In this document: positions 36,301-47,035 of the stretch, piece after piece
Layout of the letters: each line of letters opens with the position of its first letter
Numbering within the stretch: position 1 is the stretch's first letter
NCBI RefSeq assembly: GCF_001949145.1
Contig: NW_019091355.1
Location: 5,791,068 to 5,855,067 of the forward strand
DNA: 64,000 nt
From: Acanthaster planci
Taxonomy: Eukaryota
Direction of reading: 5' to 3'
Translations under genes and position numbers: made by a program
The notes under the pieces: model-generated
Databases searched by the model: none
Told to the model about the DNA's origin: nothing
The model's input: the letters and a program-made list of their open reading frames with translations, nothing else

Positions 36301-39253
36301 TTAATGTACGTGACGATTTCCCATCCTTTGTCGAAAACTTTAAGGGTATACAAAATCAAAACATGAGAAGTTTGCATGCAATCTCAATCAATTTTCCGAA
36401 TTAGTAGTTCTCACCTTCGGAATAATCAACTTTGATGACGACACCACATCTCCTAGAATACTCTCAAGGTTATTCAGCGTGAACTGCCTCCCACTCCCCC
36501 GGTTAATCGTCCCAGCATGCACCGTAAGTCGATGCAGGAGGACCTTCCCCGAGTAGTCGGCTTGGAAACGCCCTCGGTAGACACCTTCCCCAAAAAAGTC
36601 CTTACGGTTGACTCGATTACGTAACCATTTGAGTTGGAGGCGATCCCTTCGGTAACTGGGGTTACCAAAAGTGTTGACGATCAAATCTCCAATGAGACGG
36701 ATGTAAAATGTCTGAAAATAATTTTTTAAAGACGTATGGATAAATTTCATCTAATTCACTGCTGGCTTGACAACTACAATACTCAGAGAAACCGTGGACG
36801 GTGCTGTTATTCATTTTAAATCTGCTGTCTGAACTAGGCGTTCTATCTTCCTCTCTGGAAATCACTTTGATTTCAAAAATTAAAGAATATATATTTGGAA
36901 TGATGTTATGGGCTTTATGTTAATTCAAATGTAATACAGCGATTACCATTGTAAAACTCTGTGCCTACCTCACCCGTCATGGCCTTAAAGGGTTCTGTTC
37001 TGGTCGATTCACACAATTTGTACCTAAAAAGATAAGGAACATGTCAAGTGTATCTTGAGGATCCATTGACTATCTACAGGTACAATTTTTGGGAGGTAGA
37101 AATAAATTAACATATTAGGCTTGTCGCTCACCGAGGTAGTTTTTACACCCAGTCGTGCGAGAGTTTGCCAGGACAAATTCATAAGACAGCTTCCATGTTG
37201 GAATTCAAACCCAGGGCTTCCTTGCACACGTCTTAATTGATCAACCACAGATATTTCGGGATGTAGCCGGTTCAAACATTAGAATAATTACAGCAACAGG
37301 TTTTGGCTTGTTTGGATTTAAATAATTCCTTTGATTGGCATTGTTTATTTATCCAATTCATCTTAATCAGAAACCTTCTTGAGCTTTTCTCTCCTCAGTT
37401 GGGTATAAAGATACATTCACTTAGGATTTCATTTTGAATGTACATCTCCCCGGCGCAAATCCATCTTTGAAATAGATTGTTCGCGGTACCTGCTGCTACA
37501 TCTGATTCGAACCAGCCAGCCAACACTGGGAAGCTTGGTGGTCGAGTGGTTAAGCATGAGGTCGTGGGTTCGAGTACCACCCGAGTATGGTTGTGGTTTT
37601 TCTCGAGTATGCTGCCCCAGTTTGGTACTCAAGTTCTCCTTCACAACGAATATTACTGAAAGGAGTTCAAAGGCGATTTACTCGTTCCTGTTTGGGCCTC
37701 CCTAGAAGTCATTTGCCAAATTCCAGCCGGGACATTAATAAAGTATTCGACCCATAGTTCCAAGCTGGGTCTGTCCTACTTAACGAATAGGCTAAACTTT
37801 TTGGCAGTCGTCTTTGTAGCCAAATGTATCTATAGCAAATTTGACATTGAATCAGAGAGCTATATCGGTCTTAATTCTAGACACATTGATGATGTTAAAT
37901 TTATTCATCATTATTATAGAACTATAGCTTTTCACGAGTCACTTTTGTCAGATTCCCCCGTTTGTGGGATACCCTGCCTGCAGACGTTGTAGATAGCCTG
38001 ATCTTTGGTCTCAACACTTTCATTGCCAAACTGAGGCTACGTTGGCTGACTCCTGGTGTGAACTACATGGCATCTGGAGCCCTTATACAGATGGGATTTC
38101 GCTTAACCTTTTTCCTGAACTCTGTTTTTGGGTGTTTTTTCTCTTAATCGCATGGGTTTTTTTTGTAACTGCTTAAGTATATTACCTGGGTTTGTGTTTG
38201 TATGTTTGTGCAGTCGTTGCTTGTTTTCTGGGTCGTTTGTTCGTCTGTACGTTTGTTTGTTGGGTTGTTTGTCTTCTGTCTGTCTGGTGTGGGTGGGCAG
38301 ACGGTTTGTCTGTCTGTTGGTTTGTTGTCCTTCCCTTTGTCTTACTTTTTGTCCCGTTTTGTTTGTTTTGTTTCTACTACTTGTATGTCTCAGAGGTTGT
38401 GTTTCTTCGTCTGTAAGGTCACCTGTTTCTTGTCGACTGTCTCTTTGGAGTTTGTTTTGTGGGAGTTTTGTTTTGTTCTTAGATTTTTAGTTACCGTCGG
38501 GTGCCTTCCTTGCTTTTCTTGTTGCAGTACATAACATTATCCCATAAACTTTAGGATTGTGTAATACTCTGAAGGGTTATTCTCTTCGCCCTTGGGATTA
38601 TGTGTTTTAAAGTGAGTCTGCAAAATGTTTGCGACTTTGCAGTGTACCGTTTTTAGTCATGCTATGGAAGAACTACTTGATAGTGATTTAGTTCACTTGT
38701 TAGTAATCCCGCAGGGGCATGCAACTATTTTGGTGTTTGGGTCTTAGTCTTTTTATAAGGTTTGATGCTATATTTAAACTTTGTCTTTTTATGTCTTTAC
38801 TATTTGTAATTTTTTTTTACTTATTTTGTTTTATCCATTTTTAATTTTACCTGCGAAATAATGAATGAAATGACTGAAATGAAAAAGGTTATGGGAGGCA
38901 GAGCACGTGTGCGAGTCGGCGTTCGGCCACGATGATGTTGCTAGCTCTCGCGCGCTTAGTGCTGTTCCCTCATGATCTTGGACGTGCTTCGTTTTGGGTA
39001 AGTTCTGTTGAATTAAACTGGCTTATTCGGAGCAAATTAGAGCTTCCTACTTTAGCTTTAACCTGTTAACCGCAGTTAAAAAGCCTAGTTGAAAAGCCTG
39101 TCAGACGGTTGGTTTTACTCACCCGCTTTCCAGCATGTAGGCTTTGAGATCTTCCAAGCCATTGGGCTTAACAAGGTGAGCCACTATCTCAGTTGGGTCA
39201 TCCTGTCTCTGATGGACAACGAATAAGACGAGGTCTCCCTTTGGCTGCGGCAT
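33018..39253 (-). CDS. UPA-domain protein with five tandem death-fold domains (PIDD/DTHD1-related), ~652 aa
   Basis: complement join(39253-39123,37023-36969,36711-36415,36279-36216,36069-35797,35684-35418,35104-34826,34506-34246,33349-33018) = 1959 nt, GT-AG, open throughout. N-terminus resembles the PIDD1 UPA domain (LFVVHQRQDDPTEIVAHLV ~ LIALQRRRDPEQVLLQCL; YSGKVLLHR ~ VRGQVSFYR, recalled from memory). Exons 5-8 show the death-domain pattern L..I...I....LA..LGL...I....L..W....T...L..AL...G. The ATG choice (caaaATG) is an inference. Confidence 0.82.
33750..33950. repeat. 69-70-bp minisatellite, ~3 copies, in the last intron of the UPA-DD gene
   Basis: GTGTCCTGCTCAGAGACACAAGAAATGTGC(C/T)CCAGGTGAATGTAA at 33750, 33819 and 33889; decayed copy at ~34025. 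Confidence 0.9.
34246..34506 (-). CDS. death domain 4 (type B)
   Basis: LKFAASQIENDMMQPLADKLRVD...YRLLVRWKE...ASHTELLKALESVGL; phase 1-1. Confidence 0.87.
34826..35104 (-). CDS. death domain 3 (type A)
   Basis: VLLRIISKDAS...LVRRLGLTEEQI...LVAWRD...ARFEDLMYKMEEVGL; phase 1-1. Confidence 0.87.
35418..35684 (-). CDS. death domain 2 (type B)
   Basis: LRSIAKGLPGDLQPLADTLKVD...FQILYRWRE...ASHTKLLQAMRKCG; phase 1-1. Confidence 0.87.
35797..36069 (-). CDS. death domain 1 (type A)
   Basis: VVLRTISKDIP...LAMHLFGLSEVEI...QRYAVLEKW...ATFTKLIEAFRAV; phase 1-1. Confidence 0.85.
36216..36279 (-). CDS. UPA-DD gene exon 4 (acidic/proline linker EREDPAPPEIQESFTDEEVVK)
   Basis: phase 0-1 exon with canonical sites. 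Confidence 0.78.
36415..36711 (-). CDS. UPA-DD gene exon 3 (UPA beta-sandwich core)
   Basis: TFYIRLIGDLIV...RLQLKWLRNRVNRKDF...YSGKVLLHR...KLIIPK; ttttcag| and AAG|gtgaga. Confidence 0.82.
36969..37023 (-). CDS. UPA-DD gene exon 2 (YKLCESTRTEPFKAMTGE)
   Basis: 55-nt phase 2-0 exon that exactly bridges the flanking exons; tttttag| and GAG|gtaggc. Confidence 0.75.
37110..37270 (-). mobile_element. possible degenerate SINE
   Basis: B-box-like GGTTTGAATTCC followed by SINE-core-like GTCCTGGCAA...CTGGGTGTAAAAA. Confidence 0.35.
37511..37600 (+). mobile_element. tRNA-derived SINE head
   Basis: A box TGGTCGAGTGG (37539), B box GGTTCGAGTACC (37567); homologous to the copy at 50170-50262 (-). Confidence 0.7.
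37602..38885 (+). mobile_element. 5'-truncated LINE (CR1/L2-group-like): ORF2 C-terminus plus 3' UTR
   Basis: LEYAAPVW..SPSQRILLKGVQRRFTR...KLGLSYLTNRLNFLAVVFVAKCI...RFPRLWDTLPADVV...FIAKL with frameshifts (37602-~38060); GT-rich 3' region; tail AAATAATGAATGAAATGACTGAAATGAAA (3' boundary inferred). Confidence 0.75.
38185..38490. repeat. GT/TTTG low-complexity tract
   Basis: degenerate (TGTT/TGTC)n; explains spurious Val/Cys/Phe ORFs. Confidence 0.75.
39123..39253 (-). CDS. UPA-DD gene coding exon 1 (MPQPKGDLVLFVVHQRQDDPTEIVAHLVKPNGLEDLKAYMLESG)
   Basis: acceptor ttttag| (exon begins at 39259), Kozak-like caaaATG, donor GG|gtgagt. Confidence 0.78.
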
Positions 39254-39749
39254 TTTGTCCTAAAAACCAAGAGAAATAATGACACACTGGAAATTCCAGG
39301 GTCTCATCGAAGAATGGGAATGGGCAAAATCTCAAGCAAATCTTTCAAACGGCATAAATCTCTTGGCCACTCATAAACAATATTTTTTCGAAAATATTGA
39401 AATTGAGGGGGTGACTGTCCGTAGCAATACATGAAAGGTATTGGCGTCTATACCACAATGAATAAACATAACTATCAATACGTACGGCGAAAAGAAGAAA
39501 TCTGCCGGCTTGAAGTTTACAGTTAATCTACTAAATTCTGAAAGATTGATACGCACCAAACAGAGCGTCGCAAAATAATGACCAACAGACGTTTGTTTTT
39601 GACAATCGCTTTTGGCAATTTTAAATAATGCTCTGAAGTCATAGCCTTAACATCATAGAGCAAAAAATAATCAAGCACGTACATCGTGCTGATTCAAAGT
39701 TACTTCGCGAATAACATAACAGCACATGACCAGCCCGCCTTCAGCGTCT

Positions 39750-39780
39750 GTTGCTAAGGCGTTGCTAGGGATGTTGTTTA
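39750..39780 (-). promoter_or_regulatory. tandem RFX X-box-like sites plus forkhead core upstream of UPA-DD gene
   Basis: GTTGCTAAGG (39750) directly followed by GTTGCTAGGGATG (39761) and TGTTTA (39775), ~0.5 kb 5' of the first coding exon. Confidence 0.6.
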
Positions 39781-42700
39781 AGCATCGTTGTAATATTTTG
39801 ACGGACTTTGAACTCATTTACCAGTTAGTATCTTTTGGTGGGTACTAATCTGGTCACAAAGATGGACTGTAAGGGTTATTTAAATATACACTCTCATGAA
39901 ACATGTTCGTTAAAAAGGGAAAGATGTGGTGTCATTGCATATTCTGTGGCAGCACGTCATAAGCTTCGTGGACAGAATGCCGGTATGCGGACTCAAAGAC
40001 TTTGCCCCTTCAGACAACAGCCGTCTACACACGCTCCATGTCTTCTTACCTGTCAGCAATAAGATGTTCTGTCAAATTTTGTCGAGAAATACCCCGTTTT
40101 AGTAAGACTCTCAAGAAGTTCTGCAGTTACAAGCTGTCCTGTAGGTTGTTAGTGGGGAAGACCCTTCGTATCCATGAGATACGTGGTCGCCTGATCTCTT
40201 GTCCTGGTCTACTCTGGGGTCATGTTTACTTATTCATCCCGAGTCGAAGGGAGACCACTGTTGGGAATACAGGAGGACAATAGAAGCTATGCACAAACAT
40301 CTCGAGAAGAATCTAAGGCTAGAAGATTACCGAGTCTTTACATAATCAATTATTCTTATTCGCTTGCCTGAACTGTGCTATTCATCTCGACTATTCGCCG
40401 CTAAAAACGTAGACTTGAATAAGTCTTACTGTGGAGGGAAAATCAGAATTAACTTGCGTTCGAAACATCCTGTTGAGATGGTGGAGATAAACGACGTGGA
40501 AAAGAAGAATTGCTCCCAAAGTTTTTAAAATCAACCAGATTCCAGATTGGGTACAAAAGTCCCAGGGGGTGAAAGTCATTAACTTCTTTTAAATACCCGG
40601 AATATGCCCCATTCCACGGTGCATAGTTTCCATTTTGCTGCTGATGAGTGATTGACCCCCCCCAAAAAAAACTCTTAGTGGCGCCCACGTGCCAACGTGA
40701 CGTGTCCTGCCTCTTTTTGTTCCTTCATGAGGTTGATGTAACCGTGGGGTGTGGGACGGGGTTGAAAGACACGAAGTAGGGGTGTTATTCCAACGCAGAC
40801 GAGACTTTGAAGTAATTAATGAAGTCATTTTTGTGTTTGGAATGTAGTCGATTGACTTCTGTGTAGAAGAGACTGATATTCCATATATTCCTCTCTTGGG
40901 CATCATTTTTTAACACCGATTTGTACTCCAAGCGTTTATTCATTTTTGTATTAGTCAGTTGCGACGATGAATTCGATTCCGGCCTATTCAAAGTCATAGC
41001 GATCATGGATGGGGAGGGGTTGTCTTGTTTGAAGTTGACATAATGAATGAAAACAGCGCCCTCAAGCCACCAATAGCCACGAAGAATTGGCATGAGCCAT
41101 TGTAACATCTGACCGAGCATTCTTTCCTACTCGGTCATTGAGTCAAACATAAAAGGTTTCTTTTTTATTGGCAACAAAGGTTCACTGTTCTGTGTTTTTC
41201 TATATACTGCCAACATTTTGTTTCCGGAATTTGAGATTGCTTTGTATTACGCACACTTAATTGATCTCGTCTTAATGGTGGGAGGGAAGATCGTCTTATC
41301 ATCAGTGGCAGGACAGTTTCAAGTCGTTGTGTTCAATTGTTAAGCAGGGAAACTTTCCAACAATGGGCTACAGTGTTCTTTCCCACAAATCAATAAAACT
41401 ACTATAGAAGTGGATTGGCGCATGCAATGGGGAGATGGAAGGGAAGGCGACATAAGAAAGAGAAATGAGGGGTCGACGTCAAACCGACGGAGGAAATAAA
41501 TCCGCAGCTTAAGGCAACCCTTAACACAAAATGCTTCCAGCGCTTAGGTTGCTTAGGCTAACCTCACACTTATATGTTCATGCAACATACCACACTGTAA
41601 TTACAAGAAAAATTTCAAAGGACTGTGGTTGTATAGGAATGCTTGCTATAGTCAGAAACAGGGATCTATAGTCTGAAATAAGGAGCTTCAGCATCTTTCT
41701 TAACTGTCTAAAACTATATTATCAAAATTGTTATTATTGCGCCGGATTCAAAGAAAATGACAAAATTCTTTCTGATATTGTTTCAGGCACGTATTATTCT
41801 TAGTACCAAACGACCCTCTATGGCATTATGTCATGTACTGCAAGAAATAATATGGATACTACGTAGTGAGGACTTGTCGTCGTCATTGAGAAGGGGCGAG
41901 AGAGGCAGGAATTGCAAGATCCTGGTTGAAAATGAATATTAAAATATCCATTTTCCCCATGTGATCTGAGTCAAATGGTCACACATTGCAACAAATACCA
42001 TCCACTCCGAGAATGCAAATTACACAACTTTTTAAGGGGGGGGGGGCTGGTCCCCACCATATTTTCATTTTAGCCAATAGTGCCCCCGGCCCACCTGGTT
42101 CCTACGTGCCAGTATTTGAATAGCTGAGATTCCACTGGATTCTGAAACTTTCGCTTGCTCTACAACGACCTGGCCAAGGTGATTTTGTCCTCATAAAATG
42201 CGTTTTTCAAGCATTCGCACTTAATAGTGTTGTTGCAAACAAGGAAATTATGAATTGTTGACGTTAATTTTGCCAAGTCACGATTCTGTTAAGTTTTTAA
42301 TAGGAACTGGAAAAGTGAGTCAGATAAAAACCACAAAACCGTCACATGAGCACAGCGCTGAAGAATGTACGCGGCTGCGATATCGTCACAACTGGTTCCG
42401 TTATTGAAGAAACTCGCTAAAATTCTATCCCTTGTCATTTTGGGAAACTATAGTTATTAAGCGAAAGGACACGTCACTGCAATACTTTCATTAGGAAGAG
42501 TCTACTGTCTTTGATGACCGCTGGACCCTCTTTCTCGTCGGGTCTTGAAGGCAAACATTTTAAACCAAATTTCATGAAACTTTTCGTTGAATTTTTAAAA
42601 ACCAATTTTCTTAAGTTGATACAAAATCAATTCAAGTATTGAATGTCTTTTCTGGATTTTTTTCGTATCTCAAACGACAATGACCTCTTGCGTTTCGATT

Positions 42701-43323
42701 CCAAACCAATATTTAGCTAAAATGAGAAGATACGATGGAAACCGTTTCTGTGTCTCACTACGGTGATCTTTACTCTTGACCTGTTGTCAGGGTCAAGCAG
42801 GCCATCCCTTTATTTAAAATTTCTCTGGCTGGAATAGGCCTATATGTTTATGTTGCTTTTTTTCAATGTTAGTGACTCTCTTCAATATCAGGACTGATGC
42901 AATGACCATTTCTGACCTCGCATAACAGTATCCATACTGGCCAATTCAAAATCAGCTTCAATTATGAAAGTGTTCTGGCGTGCTTGTTACAGTTTATTTC
43001 TCTTAATTTTTCAATTCAGATGCAATTCAAGCAGCAAATTAGAACAATTTCACAGTAGAAACAGGAAACCATTTGCGATAATTCATTTTACGTATATACA
43101 AATGCCAGCAATAAGTATGATTATAAATAATGCAATCTACATATAAAACATTCAGATGATAATATAAAGACTTGGATTAATTTCAGTTTTGTACAACCTT
43201 AAATAAATAGCTGAAATATCTACACTCCTTATGTTTTATAAAGCAATAGTTTTTACAGTAGGATTGTAGACCTTCTTGAGGTAGGTACAGGGCCAAAGGC
43301 AGTTATTTACAAATGCACATGTA

Positions 43324-43794
43324 CACAATGGTCGAGTTCGGGCGGCCTGTTCTTGACACGGGTTTCTTGTTCTCGCGCTTGAACGGCGGGAACATGACTC
43401 AAGAACACTGTTCCCGGAACAGGATCACACACTACCTCCTCGTCAGGGTTTTACAGGAACACACGGAAAAACTCGTGAGATTTGATTTTTGAACAGCCGT
43501 AAAAAATAGCCAGATGGCTCACAAAGCCGGAGACAATGGGAAGTTTTACAAAAATAACAATAATCATTTTCCATAGCAAAGAAATGAATGTTCCTTTTTA
43601 AGTAAATAGAAAAGAATTCAGCCCAGCTTTCTAAAGTTTACTCTGAAAGAACGCACATGGATGCCGCCATGATGCATGCAACAATCAGCGAGAACCGGTT
43701 GTACGTTCCCGGTGTTCGAGCGGCCGACTAACAAACAACAGATCGAGCGATTCGTGAACATAGGAGAACAAGCCGCCCGAACTCAGCCAATGTG
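43324..43794. mobile_element. non-autonomous DNA transposon with ~30-bp TIRs beginning CACA(A/T)TGG
   Basis: CACAATGGTCGAGTTCGGGCGGCCTGTTCT vs reverse complement of right end CACATTGGCTGAGTTCGGGCGGCTTGTTCT; TSD unclear (TA / TG). Confidence 0.75.
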
Positions 43795-43802
43795 TGAGTC
43801 TG

Positions 43803-44045
43803 TACTCTCTAAAGGCAGAAAAGTGAAAATATCACTCTCACAAAGAGCGAGTCCCGCATAAATCCACTCAAAAAAGAGGGTGAAAATCATTCTAAAAGAG
43901 GAGCCACAAAAATCTGTTTTCAAATCGTCCTTTAAACAGCATCTTGGAGTGGTTTTCACTTTTCAAAGAGTGGCTTTCACCCTTTTGAAGTGTTTTTACT
44001 CACTCCTTTTATGAATAAGCTTTTCACTCTTTTGCATTTCACTCC
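43803..44045. mobile_element. foldback/MITE-like inverted repeat
   Basis: left arm rich in (G)AGTGAAAA/CACTC units mirrored by TTTTCACT/GAGTG units in the right arm; related motifs at ~55190-55310. Confidence 0.45.
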
Positions 44046-44310
44046 GCCCTAACGAACCCACTGCAACATGTAGCCGACAATATCTGTCGCATGTGAACAG
44101 GGTTCCAGTCGTTAAAATGGACTGATCCGTCATCTGCAGACATTTTTCTTTATATCGTTTCAGGATATGAGCTTTTATCTGAAGTCTCCAGGATTATTTT
44201 TGAACTGTTGCAGTTTCCCCGCAATAACTACACCAGAGCAAATCACAAAGCAGCATTTTCAGGTTAATGGCCTATCCGTGATGAAAAAGACAAAAACTGG
44301 TCCTTTAAAA

Positions 44311-44672
44311 CTAGCTTCTTGTTTGACACTTCTTCATGTCGACTGTTTTTGTGATCCATTTCCGATACTTGCCCACCTTTGTGTACACACCTGGCACGGC
44401 GTCTCTGGGTGACGGGTTGCAAAAGGTGTTCTCTCCCCACGAGGTGACTCCAACCAACTTCCAGCTTCCATCCACCTGCTGGCAAACTAATGGCCCACCG
44501 CTGTCGCCCTTACACGTATCGGCCCGCCGTTCCCCTTCCAGGTACCCGGCGCAGATCATTCTGTTGGAGATGAAACTACCATAGGCGCCCCGGCAGTCTT
44601 TGCGACTGAGGATAGGCAGCCGTGCTTGGTTGATGATATCTGGTCGTCGTCCAAAGGTGAAGTCCAAAAAAT
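44311..44672 (-). CDS. protease A exon 5 (catalytic Ser, stop)
   Basis: MICAG...DTCKGDSGGPLVC...GVTSWG...PGVYTKV. Confidence 0.95.
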
Positions 44673-46609
44673 CTAATGGTGACAGGACAATAATATGTAA
44701 AGCAAACAAATAAAGAAAAAATATGGGGATGTGTGGGAAGTCAGTCTATTCTAATATGCAGCATAAAATTCTGCCCTTACTTGTATAACCCCATCCTGTG
44801 ACGTAGCACGTATCTCCAGCCTGAAACTCATTCTTCTCCGGCATACACGCAGGCATTACATAGTCGTTGATAATGACGTCATTATCCGGGGCTGTTCTGA
44901 GTTTAACTACGGCGATGTCGTTGTTGTACGGAACACCGTTCACGTATTGGCTGTGGATGTGGATGCAATCCACTGCGAATCGCTGCTCCGTGCCCTCCGG
45001 TCTTGAACGGTCGTGTTCGCCCAACACTATGATGATATTGTCCTCATGCCATCTGAATATGACAAATGATTTTTTAATTCGAGTAAAATAGTGCCGCGAT
45101 TTTATAATGTCAATAGGAAGATTAATGTTAGATGAATAAGATAATTTATAGGAAGTAAAAGTGTTGGGATTTTCTTCAAGATACAACGATTTAAATAATG
45201 GGAAATACAGTGATAAAATCAATGTGATGCAGGTGATCATAATAACATTGCAAAATGATGATAAGATGATGAAATAAGAATGATGACGGTTGCTATGGTG
45301 ATGAAAGTTGTACTTGTAGTGATGTTGACAATGAAGTTGATAACGAATACGATTATGAAAGCAGACGAATGTTTAATGGTAAATTTGACAATGCAGAGAA
45401 GAAGATGAAACGCAAATCTTGAGAATGATGAATTCCTTACTCTCCACTGTCGAAGCAGTGTGCTGCAGTCAATATGTGATCTCTTCCAATCAGCGTTCCT
45501 CCACAGAACTGTTCCTCGGATGTCTTATTAACCAGAGCGACTTGCCAAGGCCAGCGATTACTTGATTCGATCCCCGCAACAACCCGAGTGGAACTCTCGT
45601 TCTGTCTCGGTGGAAGGATGGGTCGCTTACCACAGACATCTGAATAACCGAGTAAATCAATTCAATGGTGGTAAAGATAATGGCGTGTTTGATGACCATT
45701 TTTATAGTTTAAAAATGCAGATGGTGTCTTCACCTGATGGTGCGCGCCCTAAACAAAACTACTGCAACGCGGTGTATTAATTTACCTGTTAAGGAACCGG
45801 TCAATAGTGCCTCTTCTTCACGGACGATGCCGCCACCTGCAGATTTGGCATGCATGTTGGCGTTGAAAATCTGTGTGTTGACAAATAGAAATATGGCATT
45901 CGTCTTTTAATAACAAACTGAACAGTACAAAAAGTTGGGAACATAGCTTCGAGACCAAACTATTCGTTCGCGGAATTCTTCACTCATAAGGAATACAAAT
46001 AAAGCAAAAAGTAAACAAACCTCTGAAGCGACTTTGAGCCGTTAAACTGAACCAATCAATTGCTTTATAACAGATACGCCCTACTAATTTGGAGATGCCC
46101 CACAACCCCAGCAAACAAACAGAAGTATTTTCATTGCGTGGTTGCCTCAACAAAATTGACCAGCTAATCGGAAGCTTGCGATATGCAATAAAATTTGCCA
46201 AAAGGGGCCCGATCAGATTGGCAAAGGCGACGTTGTGGCAAGGAAGGGTGGTTTGCGAAAATACATAACACGATATGATGTTCCTTAAGTGTAAACATGG
46301 ATTGCCACATAATACGAACGTCAGCAATCGGCATCTGATTTATTACTGCCATGAATCTGTCAACAAAGAAAATTAGGCAACGTGCACAAACATGAACCCG
46401 CGATGACTTTCATTTTGCCTACTCACCTTCTCGTCGTTAGGTCCTTGGCTTCCATCCGTCGCCTGGGGCTTGTTTGCAGTCTTGATCTTGACTGCGCGGC
46501 CTTGTACACCGACCAGACTTGACATGTTGATGGCGAGAACTAGGAGAACGGCCAACACAAGGAACGCATCCCGCGAAGAAGAGGTCACGGCAAAAAAACG
46601 ACCAGTCAT
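44311..46609 (-). CDS. secreted trypsin-like serine protease (family S1A), paralog A, ~366 aa
   Basis: complement join(46609-46427,45870-45786,45639-45441,45052-44781,44672-44311). Signal peptide, CG-xRP propeptide, R|VVAG activation site, TAAHC, NNDIA, DTCKGDSGGP (Asp189 S1 pocket). Confidence 0.93.
44781..45052 (-). CDS. protease A exon 4 (catalytic Asp)
   Basis: LGEHD...YNNDIAVVKL...PACMP...CYVTGWG. Confidence 0.95.
45235..45360. repeat. degenerate (GAT/TGA)n tract in a protease A intron
   Basis: atgatgataagatgatgaa... Confidence 0.55.
45441..45639 (-). CDS. protease A exon 3 (activation site, catalytic His)
   Basis: VCGKRP...STR|VVAGIESSNRWPWQVAL...FCGGTLIG...TAAHCF. Confidence 0.94.
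45786..45870 (-). CDS. protease A exon 2 (pro-region)
   Basis: IFNANMHAKSAGGGIVREEEALLTGSLT; phase 0-1, same position as paralog exon 2. Confidence 0.72.
46427..46609 (-). CDS. protease A exon 1 (signal peptide)
   Basis: MTGRFF...FLVLAVLLVLAINMSSLVGVQG-RAV...EK|gtgagt. Confidence 0.82.
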
Positions 46610-47028
46610 CCTCGAAAATCCCCGTGAAATTGCGATTTCTGCAAACAAGTTGACACGCTGACGCGCCTTGATGAATCGTTGACAGTCTTACTGGCTCGCT
46701 TGCTATGAAAAGGCTCTTGAAATGCGAGTAAATTCAGCTTGTTCTGACGACAAATCTACAGACGGGTCAATATCTCCCCGCCTGCTCTGTGTTGACATAC
46801 AGGGAGCTAAGTCTGATTTGTGGCTTTCTCTGCGCTTTCAGTCCATTAAACATGCGTACAGCAAGCACTCCCAAACCAAGCCTTTTCCCACAACAGTCCT
46901 AGTGTCGATAACGAAGTTGATACAGCCAGTATGTGTTAGAGGGTAATATCAGTTCACTCAACCGCGTGTAACAGGCCCCAGCTATGAACTCCAATTTCCT
47001 TCTGTCGCTCAAGAGGTTGACAATAGGG

Positions 47029-47035
47029 TTTTATA
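47029..47035 (-). promoter_or_regulatory. candidate TATA box of protease A
   Basis: gTATAAAAccc on the minus strand ~420 bp upstream of the ATG. Confidence 0.3.

Noticed and set aside
37024..37275. ORF ending at a gtgagc donor as an extra UPA exon
   Set aside because: Overlaps a SINE-like sequence; the gene is already phase-complete without it.
37511..37600. Possible tRNA gene
   Set aside because: A and B boxes are present but spaced too closely, with no cloverleaf or anticodon arm; it matches a second SINE copy.
38128..38534. Overlapping Val/Cys/Phe/Leu-rich ORFs resembling membrane proteins
   Set aside because: Artefact of a GT/TTTG low-complexity tract open in all three frames.
40785..41120. 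Minus-strand ORF with DFINYFKVS, faintly like a Harbinger transposase N-terminus or an upstream exon of the UPA-DD gene
   Set aside because: No downstream DDE motifs, TIRs, ZU5 similarity or convincing splice sites.
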